Shown: in pieces, positions 31,065 through 39,783 of the stretch | How the letters are laid out: every line of letters begins with the position of its first letter | Position numbering within the stretch: position 1 is the stretch's first letter | DNA from: Phycisphaerae bacterium | Lineage (GTDB): Bacteria; Planctomycetota; Phycisphaerae; UBA1845; Fen-1342 | Direction: 5' to 3' | Assembly: GCA_050115495.1 (NCBI GenBank) | Contig: JASFQK010000013.1 | Coordinates: 84,844-148,843, forward strand | Length of the DNA stretch: 64,000 nucleotides | Made by a program: the position numbers and the translations under genes | Notes under the pieces: generated by a model | The model's database searches: none | Seen by the model: the letters and a program-made list of their open reading frames with translations, nothing else | What the model was told of the DNA's origin: nothing

Positions 31065-32009
31065 ATGAACTTCATTAACCAGGTGTTGCTGACCGGCGGT
31101 GCCGCCGCGTTGTGGCTGTGGGCGGTCATCTGCAAGTTCTTCTCGGCGCTCGGCGGCTGGCTGGACGCCATTCTCAACCCCGTCCTCTCGCCGCTGCTGG
31201 CGGTGCTGAACCCGATTTGTACGTCCATCGCCGACGCGTTGTACGCCGTCCTCGATGTGCTGCCCGTCTGGCTCGGGCTGACGATCCTCTCCGCGGTGAC
31301 CGGCGTCGTGATGCTGGTGGCCTTCCGCTACGTCTCCAACCAGCGGGCGATCGGCCAGGCCCGCGACCAGATCACCGCGAACCTGCTCGCCCTGAAGCTG
31401 TTCAAGGACGAGGTCCGCGTCGCCTTCACGTCGCAGTGGCGTCTGCTGAAGGCCTTGCTGCGGCTCCAGGTGCATATGCTCCTGCCGATCCTGATCATGA
31501 TTCTGCCGCTGCTGCTCGGCCTGGCTCAGATGGGCCTGCGCTACCAGTGGCGGCCGCTGCATCCCGGTGAGGAGACGGTGCTCACCGTCCGCCTGCAGCC
31601 CGACCACGCACACGAGACCGACGCCGTCCTGCAACCCAACCCGGGCGTCGCCGACGCCATCGGGCCCGTTCCCGGCGGCGGAATCCTCGTCTGGCGCCTG
31701 AAGACCGGCGAACCCGGCCAGCACACCTTGCACATCACCGTCGCCGGCAAGGACGTCGAGAAACTGCTCGTCGTCGGCGACGGCCCCGCCCGCGTCAGCG
31801 CCGAGCGACCCGATCGCCACTGGACCGCCCAGTTGTTCCACCCGGTCGAGTCGCCCCTGTCGGCGGACAGCCCGGTGGCCGCCATCGAATTGGAGCATCC
31901 TGGCGTCGATTCGTGGATCTATGGCGCCAACTGGTGGGTTCTGTACTTCTTCATCGTATCGATGGCCGCCGCCTTGCTGCTCAAACCCGTCTTCAAGGTC
32001 CGCTTCTAA
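31065..32009 (+). CDS. Membrane protein, DUF106/EMC3/TMCO1-like topology with an inserted beta domain
   Basis: TM1, amphipathic coiled region, TM2 (LLPILIMILP), soluble beta-rich insert, then TM3 (WWVLYFFIVS). Confidence 0.6.
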   Translation: MNFINQVLLTGGAAALWLWAVICKFFSALGGWLDAILNPVLSPLLAVLNPICTSIADALYAVLDVLPVWLGLTILSAVTGVVMLVAFRYVSNQRAIGQARDQITANLLALKLFKDEVRVAFTSQWRLLKALLRLQVHMLLPILIMILPLLLGLAQMGLRYQWRPLHPGEETVLTVRLQPDHAHETDAVLQPNPGVADAIGPVPGGGILVWRLKTGEPGQHTLHITVAGKDVEKLLVVGDGPARVSAERPDRHWTAQLFHPVESPLSADSPVAAIELEHPGVDSWIYGANWWVLYFFIVSMAAALLLKPVFKVRF

Positions 32010-32165
32010 TACCCGATCCGGGGTGGCTGGGGGCTCAGGATTACCGGGCTATAACGCCGGTGACGGAGAGTCCTTGTTCAGCCGAGCCGGATTCGCGACA
32101 ATGCGGATAGCCACGGGGGAAGACGAAGCTAGCCATCCGTGTAAGGCTGGCCGAACGGTATTGGT

Positions 32166-32732
32166 ATGGGCGAACGTACGGACATCACGCAGATCCTGCG
32201 GCGAGCCAGCGAAGGCCACGAGTCGGCCGTGCAGCGCCTGCTGCCGCTGGTCTACGAAGAGCTGCGGGCCCTGGCCCAGAGCTACCTGAGCCAGGAGCGC
32301 CCGGACCACACGCTCCAGGCCACGGCCCTCGTGCACGAAGCCTACGTCCGCCTGATCCGCCAGGAAGACGTCGAATGGCGCGATCGCGCCCACTTCTTCG
32401 CCGTCGCCGCCCAGGCGATCCGCCGGATTCTCGTCGATCACGCCCGTGCCCGGCAGCGGGTGAAGCGCGGCGGCGGCCGTGAACGCGTGCAGCTCGAGAC
32501 GGACATCGTCCAGGTTCCCCAGGCGAGAGTCGACGTCCTGGCCGTGGACGAGGCCCTCGAAAAGCTCGCCGCCATCCACGAACGCCAGGCGCGCATCGTC
32601 GAGCTGCGTTTCTTCGGCGGGCTGAACCTCAAGGAAGTGGCTGAGTATCTCGGCGTGTCGCCGCGCACTGTCGACGGCGACTGGAGCATGGCCCGGGCCT
32701 GGCTGCGGCGGGAGTTGCAGGAGGCAGGCTGA
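32166..32732 (+). CDS. ECF-type RNA polymerase sigma factor (kinase-associated type)
   Basis: LLPLVYEELRALA, HTLQATALVHEAYVRL, RRILVDHAR, VELRFFGGL and ARAWL motifs. Confidence 0.92.
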   Translation: MGERTDITQILRRASEGHESAVQRLLPLVYEELRALAQSYLSQERPDHTLQATALVHEAYVRLIRQEDVEWRDRAHFFAVAAQAIRRILVDHARARQRVKRGGGRERVQLETDIVQVPQARVDVLAVDEALEKLAAIHERQARIVELRFFGGLNLKEVAEYLGVSPRTVDGDWSMARAWLRRELQEAG

Positions 32733-32734
32733 GC

Positions 32735-35290
32735 ATGACGCCAGCCGAGTACGAGCGCGTACGCGAGTTGTTCCTGGCGGCGCGCGAATTGCCCCCGGAC
32801 GAGCGTGCGGCGCACCTGGCCGAAACGTGCGGCGACGAGACCACCCGGGCAGAAGTGGCGGCCCTGCTGGCGGCGGACGCCGAAGATGGTTTCCTCGAAT
32901 CGCCGGCCCTGGGGGCGATCCTCGACGGTGTCGGTCCCGAGACCCGCGAAAGTGCCCGCGCCGCGGCGGCAGCCCGGCGGGAGTCTCTCTCCCCAGGCCA
33001 GCATCCCGAACGCATCGGCCAGTACCGTATCCTCGACATCCTCGGCGAGGGGGGCATGGGCGTCGTCTACCGCGCCGAGCAGGACCGCCCCCGGCGCATC
33101 GTTGCCCTGAAAGTCATCAAGCCGGGGGTCGAGTCCCGCGAGACGCTCCGCCGGTTCGAATACGAAGGACAGGTGCTCGGCTGGTTGCAGCACCCGGGCA
33201 TCGCTCAGGTTTACGAGGCCGGAACCGCCGATACCGGGCAGGGGCCGCAACCATTCTTCGCGCTCGAATTGGTGCACGGCGAGGGGCTGACCGACTACGC
33301 CCACAAGCACCGCCTGGGCATCCGCGGGCGGCTCGAGCTGCTGGCCAAAGTCTGCGACGCCGTGCACCACGCCCACCAGAAAGGCGTCATCCACCGCGAT
33401 CTGAAGCCGGGCAACATCCTCGTCGACAACCGCGACCAGCCGAAAATCCTCGATTTCGGCGTGGCCCGGGCGACGGACGCCGACCTGCGGCCCACGACGC
33501 TCGAAACATCCGTCGGCCAACTGCTCGGCACCGTGCGCTACATGAGCCCGGAGCAGGTGGCCGGTGCCTCGCGCGAGCTCGACACGCGCTCCGACGTCTA
33601 CGCCCTCGGCGTCATCGCCTACGAGCTGCTGACCGGCCGCCCACCCGTGGACATCTCCGGCAAGACGCTCCCGCAGGCGCTGCGGGCCGTGAGCGAGGAA
33701 GATGCGCCCCCGCTCGGTGCCGTGAACCGTGCCTTGCGCGGCGACGTGGCCACGATCGTCGCCAAGGCGCTGGAGAAGGACAAGACGCGACGCTACCAGT
33801 CAGCGTCGGACCTCGCCGCCGATATCCGCCATTACCTCGCCGATCAGCCGATCATGGCCCGGCCGGCGACGTCGTTCTACCAGTTGCGGAAGTTCGCCCG
33901 GCGGAACCGGCCACTGGTCATCGCTGGCACCGTGGCGTTTGTCGCGCTGTGCTGGGGGCTGGTGCAGGTGACCTGGGAGCGGAACCGCGCCGTGGCGGCG
34001 GAGTTGCTGGCCCGCGAGCGGGCGGAGCGGGCGCAGGCCGAAGCCGACAAGGCCCTCGCCGTGAACCAGTTCTTCAATCGGCTGCTGACGCTGGCCGACC
34101 CGACGCAGGACGGGCGCGACGTGCGCGTCGTGGACCTGCTCCAGCGAGCCGCCGACAGCGTTACCGCCGAGCTGCCGGGCCAGCCGGAGGTCGAGGCCGC
34201 CGTCCAGAACTCGGTGGGGACGGCGTATCTCAATCTCGGGCTATACGCCGAGGCCGTGCCGTTCCTCCAGGCGTCGCTGGATACGCGAGCCGCCGTGCTC
34301 GGCGAGGATGCCCCCGACACGCTCGTGTGCATGACCAATCTCGCCGCGGCGTATGACAAGCTCGCCCGCTGGGCCGAGGCGGAGGCCCTGGTTCGGCGGA
34401 CGTTGGAAGTGCGTCGCCGGCAGTTGGGCCCGGAGAACGTGCGCACACTCGAATCGATGAAGAACCTGGGCGGCGTTCTCCAGAAGCAGGGTAAGTTCGA
34501 CGAGGCCGAAGCCCTCTGGAGTGACGCCCTGGCGATCGCCCGCCGCGTGTTGCCCGAGGATCACTGCACGCGGCTGACCATCATGAACAACCTGGGGCAG
34601 TTGCTCAAACAGCGCGGCCGGCCGGCGGAGGCCGAGCCGCTGTTACGCGACAGCCTCGCCCTGCTGCGCAAGAGCGTCGGCGAGGACAGTCAGGTCACGC
34701 TCACCTGCGCCAGCAACCTGGCCGGCACGCTCTCCGCCCAGGGCAGGTTCGCCGAGGCCGAGCCGCTGTTGCGGCACGTGCTCGCCGTTCGGCGGAGCGC
34801 GCTCGGCGAACACCCCACCGTCTACGCCGCCGTCAGCAACCTGGCGATGTTGCTCCGCGACAAGGGCGATCTGGTCGAGGCCGAACGTCTCGCGCAGGAA
34901 GCCCTGACCGGCTTTCGCCAGATCGTCGGGCCGGAGAACCGCCAGACGTTCGTCGCCTGGAACAACCTGGCCTCGCTGATGGTCGAGCGGGGGCGGGCGG
35001 CCGAGGCGGCGGACGAGTACACCGGACTGCTCGAAGTTGCCGCCCGCGTGCTGCCCCCCGAGCACTACATGGTGCGCGTGTTCCGCAGCGGTTACGGTGA
35101 GTGCCTGACCGCACTGCAACGCTACGAAGAGGCCGAGGCCCTCCTGTTGCCGGTCTACGAAGGACTGTCCACCGACGTGGGCGCCAGACATCAGCACACC
35201 CAGCGGACCGTGGAGCGCATCGTCGCCCTGTACGAAGCCTGGGGCCGGCCCGAGCAGGCGGCGACTTGGCGTGCCCGGCTCAACGAATAG
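32735..35290 (+). CDS. Serine/threonine protein kinase with C-terminal TPR repeats
   Basis: LGEGGMGVVY, VALK, HRDLKPGN, DFG and YMSPEQ motifs; TM; repeated ..NNL.. TPRs. Confidence 0.95.
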   Translation: MTPAEYERVRELFLAARELPPDERAAHLAETCGDETTRAEVAALLAADAEDGFLESPALGAILDGVGPETRESARAAAAARRESLSPGQHPERIGQYRILDILGEGGMGVVYRAEQDRPRRIVALKVIKPGVESRETLRRFEYEGQVLGWLQHPGIAQVYEAGTADTGQGPQPFFALELVHGEGLTDYAHKHRLGIRGRLELLAKVCDAVHHAHQKGVIHRDLKPGNILVDNRDQPKILDFGVARATDADLRPTTLETSVGQLLGTVRYMSPEQVAGASRELDTRSDVYALGVIAYELLTGRPPVDISGKTLPQALRAVSEEDAPPLGAVNRALRGDVATIVAKALEKDKTRRYQSASDLAADIRHYLADQPIMARPATSFYQLRKFARRNRPLVIAGTVAFVALCWGLVQVTWERNRAVAAELLARERAERAQAEADKALAVNQFFNRLLTLADPTQDGRDVRVVDLLQRAADSVTAELPGQPEVEAAVQNSVGTAYLNLGLYAEAVPFLQASLDTRAAVLGEDAPDTLVCMTNLAAAYDKLARWAEAEALVRRTLEVRRRQLGPENVRTLESMKNLGGVLQKQGKFDEAEALWSDALAIARRVLPEDHCTRLTIMNNLGQLLKQRGRPAEAEPLLRDSLALLRKSVGEDSQVTLTCASNLAGTLSAQGRFAEAEPLLRHVLAVRRSALGEHPTVYAAVSNLAMLLRDKGDLVEAERLAQEALTGFRQIVGPENRQTFVAWNNLASLMVERGRAAEAADEYTGLLEVAARVLPPEHYMVRVFRSGYGECLTALQRYEEAEALLLPVYEGLSTDVGARHQHTQRTVERIVALYEAWGRPEQAATWRARLNE

Positions 35291-35321
35291 CCCTCCGAGA
35301 TCGCGTTCCACGAGGAGAACC

Positions 35322-36251
35322 ATGTCCCGAGTCAGTTGGCAGTACGTCTACGGTCCCGTGCCCTCGCGGCGTCTGGGCCGTTCACTCGGCATCGACCTCG
35401 TACCGCCCAAGACCTGCACGTTCGATTGCGTGTACTGCCAGTTGGGCCGCACGACCTGCCGGACGTTGCATCGTGACGTCTATCATCCGGTCGAACCGAT
35501 GTTGGTCGAACTCGGCGAGGCGCTCGCGGCGAACGCGGCGCCCGATTACATCACCCTCGCCGGCTCCGGCGAGCCGACGCTGCACAGCCAGTTGGCGGAC
35601 ATCGTCGCCGGCGTGCGCAAGCGCACCACCGTGCCCGTCGTTGTGCTGACGAACGGCTCGCTGTTGTGGGACGAGGACGTGCGGCGGGCGTGTGCCCAGG
35701 CAGACGCAGTCCTGCCGACGCTCGCCGCCCATGACGAGGCGACGTTCCAGCGCGTCCACCGTCCGGCCGCGGGGCTCAGTCTTGCCCGGCACATCGACGG
35801 TTTGCTCGCCTTCACCCGGGAATCGAACACACCGCTGTGGCTCGAGCTGTTCCTGCTCGCCGGCATCAACGACAGCCCGGACGACCTCGAAGCCTTCGCC
35901 GGCCTGATCGAGCGGATCCGCCCCGAGCGCGTGCATCTGAACACCGCCGTCCGGCCGACGAGCGACCGCGACATCCGCCCCGTCTCCGCCGAGACGCTGG
36001 CGGCCTGGGCGGAACGCCTGGGCCCGGCGGCGGAGGTGATCGTCGAGCTGGCCCGCGAGACCGGGCCTGATGCGGACGCGGCTGAGGCGGACGTGTTGGC
36101 CCTGTGTCGCCGCCGGCCGTGCACGATCGAGCACATCGCCACCGGCCTCGGCGTCCATCCGAACGTGGTCATCAAGCACGTGGGCCACCTGCGCGAGCAG
36201 GGGCGGCTGCGGTCGGAGTGGCGCGACGGCCGCGAGTTTTTCGTGGCGTGA
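35322..36251 (+). CDS. Radical SAM Fe-S protein (COG0731-like)
   Basis: YGPVPSRRLGRSLGI, CTFDCVYC and GSGEPTL motifs; GAGGAG RBS. Confidence 0.9.
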   Translation: MSRVSWQYVYGPVPSRRLGRSLGIDLVPPKTCTFDCVYCQLGRTTCRTLHRDVYHPVEPMLVELGEALAANAAPDYITLAGSGEPTLHSQLADIVAGVRKRTTVPVVVLTNGSLLWDEDVRRACAQADAVLPTLAAHDEATFQRVHRPAAGLSLARHIDGLLAFTRESNTPLWLELFLLAGINDSPDDLEAFAGLIERIRPERVHLNTAVRPTSDRDIRPVSAETLAAWAERLGPAAEVIVELARETGPDADAAEADVLALCRRRPCTIEHIATGLGVHPNVVIKHVGHLREQGRLRSEWRDGREFFVA

Positions 36252-36395
36252 CCGCCCCGGAAGCCGCCACCGCGAGCGGGCTGGCCGCCGGGGCGGTAGA
36301 TTGCCGATGTTGTATATAGGGGATGCCGCGCGCGGCCCGAAGACGGTCGCCGTGCCCCCGGGACGTGACCGCGCGTTCGTCACAGGAGCCTGAGG

Positions 36396-39300
36396 ATGCC
36401 CTCGTTGGCGCTTAACCGTGTGAAACTCGGCTTGGCCTTGCTCGGTTTGCTTGGCGGTCTCTGCCAGGCGGCGACCGCGGCCGAGCCGAATGGAATCTCG
36501 CCGGCCCTGCCCGATCGTTGGGTCGACACCTTCCACTGGCGCTGTATCGGGCCGGCGAACATGGGTGGCCGCATCTCCGCCCTTGCCGTCTACGAGGCCG
36601 ACTCCACGTGCTGGTGGGCGGCCACCGCTTCCGGCGGTTTGCTGAAGACCATCAACAACGGCATCACCTTCGAGCACCAGTTCGACCGCGAAGCCACCGT
36701 CTCCATCGGCGACGTGGCCGTGGCTCAGTCGAACCGCGACATCGTCTGGGTCGGCACCGGCGAGAATAACCCGCGCAACAGCGTTTCTTGGGGCGACGGC
36801 GTCTACAAGTCCGTCGACGGCGGCCGGACGTGGCAGAACATGGGCCTGCGCGAGAGCTTCCAGATCGGCCGCATCGCCATTCATCCCACGAACCCCGACA
36901 TCGTGTACATCGGCGCCCTCGGCCGACTCTGGGGCCCGAACGAGCAGCGCGGCCTTTTCAAGACCACCGACGGCGGCCGCACCTGGCAGAACGTGCTGTA
37001 CATCGACGATCGCACCGGCGTCATCGACGTCGCCATGCACCCGACCGACCCGCAGACACTCATCGTCGCCACCTACGAGCGGCAGCGCGACGGCTTCGAT
37101 TCCAACGATCCGGCGAAGAAATTCGGCCCCGGCAGCGGCCTGTACAAGACGACCGACGGCGGCGCCACCTGGTACAAGCTCACCCGCGGCCTGCCCACTT
37201 GCCACCTGGGCCGCATCGGCATTGACTACTACCGCGCCGACCCGAACATCGTCTACGTCGTGCTCGAATCCGCCCGCATCGGCCACGTGCCGCCGAATGC
37301 CGCCTACGCCGGCTTCCGTGGCGAAGACGTCGAAGTTGGCGCCCGCTTGGTCGAGATCGTCGACGACGGGCCGGCGGCCCAGGCCGGCCTGCAAACGGGC
37401 GACGTCGTCACCCGCCTCGACGACGTCGGCATCAACTCCTACGGCGATCTGCTGCGCGAGGTCCGCCGGCACGCCGCGGGCAACACGGTCTCCGTCGAGG
37501 TCTCGCGCGAGCGGAAGAGCGTCCCGGTCGAGCTGACCTTCGGCAAGCGGTCGGGGCGCGAGGACGAACGCTCGCCCTTCGACGCCGGCCTCGGCGGCCA
37601 GGAGGCCAACCTCCAGGACCAGCAGGGCGGCGAAGGCTACGAGTACGGCGGCGTGTACCGCTCGATCGACGGCGGCGAATCGTGGCAGCGGATCAACAGC
37701 GTCAATCCCCGCCCGATGTACTTCAGCCAGGTCCGCGTCGACCCGCGCGACAACAACTACATCTGGGTGCTGGGCATGGCCCTGCACCGCTCCGTCGACG
37801 GCGGCAAGACCTTCACCAACGACGGTGCCCGCGAAGCGCACGTCGACCACCACGCCATGTGGATCGACCCGCAGAACGGCCGCCACCTCATCCTCGGCAA
37901 CGACGGCGGCGTGTACGTCAGCTACGACCGCGGCGACCGCTGGGACTACCACAATCACATGGCCATCGGGCAGTATTACCACGTGACCGTCAGTCCACGC
38001 CGCGACTACCGTGTCTACGGCGGCCTCCAGGACAACGGCACCTGGGGCGGCCCGTCGCGCAGCCGCTCCGGGCCCGGCCCCGTTAACGCGGACTGGACGC
38101 TCCTCGGCTGGGGCGATGGCTTTGTCTGCTGCGTCGACCGCGACCAGCCCGACCTCGTCTACTTCGAAAGCCAGAACGGCTGGATGGGTCGCTACGACTA
38201 CGCCACGGCCGAGCGCGGCTGGATCCGGCCGGAAGGGGGGCGCGGCAACCTCTACCGCTTCAACTGGAAGACGCCGTATCTCCTCTCGCATCACAACCCG
38301 CGGCTCTTCTACGTCGCCGCCAACTACGTCTTCCGCTCCCTCGACCGCGGCGAGAAGCTGAAGCGGATCTCCCCCGAGATCACGCGCACTAGCGAGGGCA
38401 GCGCCACCGCCCTAGCCGAATCGCCGCTGGACGAGGGCCTGCTCTACGTCGGCACCGACGACGGTCTGCTGTGGGTGACTCGTGACGGCGGCCACACCTG
38501 GCACAAGGTCACCGACTTCCCCACGCAGACGCGCGCGTGGAGCCGCGTGAAGGACTTCGCCGGCAAGATCTGGACGCAAATGGCCGCCACGGCGACAGCG
38601 CCCGCCGAAACGCAACCGGCGACCGAACCCGTCACGCAGCCGACCACGCGGCCCATGTCACAGCCGACCAGCGCCCCGGCCACTCGCCCGGCGACGCCAA
38701 CGTCTGCACCCGCCGGCGACGAACCCCGCCGACTGGTCGACCTGCTGCCCGGCCCGCGCTTCATCAGCGCCGTCGAACCGTCGCGCTTCGAGCCCGGCCG
38801 CGTCTACCTCACGCTCGACGCCCACCGCAGCAACGATGACGAGCTGTACGTGTTCGTCTCCGAGGACCACGGGCAGACCTGGCGCTCGCTACGGGCGAAC
38901 CTGCCGACCGCCGCCGGCTCCACCCGGGTTATTCGTGAGGACCTCTACAACCCCGACCTGCTCTACCTCGGCACCGAGTTCGGCGCGTGGGTCAGCATCG
39001 ACCGCGGCGGCAGTTGGACGCGTCTGCGCGGCAACCTGCCGACCGTCGCCGTGCACGAGTTCGCCATTCACCCCACCGCCGGCGAGATCGTGATCGCCAC
39101 CCACGGCCGCAGTCTGTGGGCGCTGGACGTGACCGCACTGCGGCAGATGACCCCCGACGTCGTCCGCCAGCCCGCCTTCCTCTACGAGCCCAACCACGCC
39201 ATCTACTGGCGGGAGGACCTGCCTCGTGGCGCTGGCACCGCCCGCTACTTCTACGGCGAGAATCCGCCGGCGGGAGCGCAGGTCTACTACTCGCTGACCG

Positions 39301-39560
39301 AGAAGCCGGACAGGATCCATCTGAAAATTACCGACCTGGCGGGCGAGGTTCTGTGCGAACTGCCGGCGCCCGCCGAGCCCGGCCTGCATTGCGTGCCCTG
39401 GGACCTGCGCCGCGCTCCCGCCGAGGGCGAACGCGGTCCGGGACCCCTCGTGCCGGCGGGTCCGTACCGGGTCGAGCTGACCGTCGGCGACGAGGTGCTG
39501 ACGCAAACGCTGGAAGTGGAGACGGATCCCGTCTATCCGGACTACCGACCGTGGGAGTGA
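36396..39560 (+). CDS. Secreted BNR/Asp-box (VPS10-like) beta-propeller protein with an inserted PDZ domain
   Basis: IGPANMGGRI; repeated S/T.DGG.TW boxes; PDZ-like GPAAQAGLQTGDVV; TQP/TRP low-complexity linker. Confidence 0.88.
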   Translation: MPSLALNRVKLGLALLGLLGGLCQAATAAEPNGISPALPDRWVDTFHWRCIGPANMGGRISALAVYEADSTCWWAATASGGLLKTINNGITFEHQFDREATVSIGDVAVAQSNRDIVWVGTGENNPRNSVSWGDGVYKSVDGGRTWQNMGLRESFQIGRIAIHPTNPDIVYIGALGRLWGPNEQRGLFKTTDGGRTWQNVLYIDDRTGVIDVAMHPTDPQTLIVATYERQRDGFDSNDPAKKFGPGSGLYKTTDGGATWYKLTRGLPTCHLGRIGIDYYRADPNIVYVVLESARIGHVPPNAAYAGFRGEDVEVGARLVEIVDDGPAAQAGLQTGDVVTRLDDVGINSYGDLLREVRRHAAGNTVSVEVSRERKSVPVELTFGKRSGREDERSPFDAGLGGQEANLQDQQGGEGYEYGGVYRSIDGGESWQRINSVNPRPMYFSQVRVDPRDNNYIWVLGMALHRSVDGGKTFTNDGAREAHVDHHAMWIDPQNGRHLILGNDGGVYVSYDRGDRWDYHNHMAIGQYYHVTVSPRRDYRVYGGLQDNGTWGGPSRSRSGPGPVNADWTLLGWGDGFVCCVDRDQPDLVYFESQNGWMGRYDYATAERGWIRPEGGRGNLYRFNWKTPYLLSHHNPRLFYVAANYVFRSLDRGEKLKRISPEITRTSEGSATALAESPLDEGLLYVGTDDGLLWVTRDGGHTWHKVTDFPTQTRAWSRVKDFAGKIWTQMAATATAPAETQPATEPVTQPTTRPMSQPTSAPATRPATPTSAPAGDEPRRLVDLLPGPRFISAVEPSRFEPGRVYLTLDAHRSNDDELYVFVSEDHGQTWRSLRANLPTAAGSTRVIREDLYNPDLLYLGTEFGAWVSIDRGGSWTRLRGNLPTVAVHEFAIHPTAGEIVIATHGRSLWALDVTALRQMTPDVVRQPAFLYEPNHAIYWREDLPRGAGTARYFYGENPPAGAQVYYSLTEKPDRIHLKITDLAGEVLCELPAPAEPGLHCVPWDLRRAPAEGERGPGPLVPAGPYRVELTVGDEVLTQTLEVETDPVYPDYRPWE

Positions 39561-39783
39561 ATCCGTAGCCCGACGGCCGTCGACGCACTCTATTCGCAAC
39601 TTTTATCGGGCAGAGGGGCCGCCAATCCGTCCTGCCGTGCGCCACGCGCGTTTCCTGCCCAACCGGCGGCGTGGTCTGGATAAGAAGCGCTACCGGTTCT
39701 CCCCCTTAAAGGGTTATAGTGCATGTTCCGGGGGAACAGCGGCGCTGTGGAGTGGAACCGCAGATCTCAGAGGAGTCAGAAGT

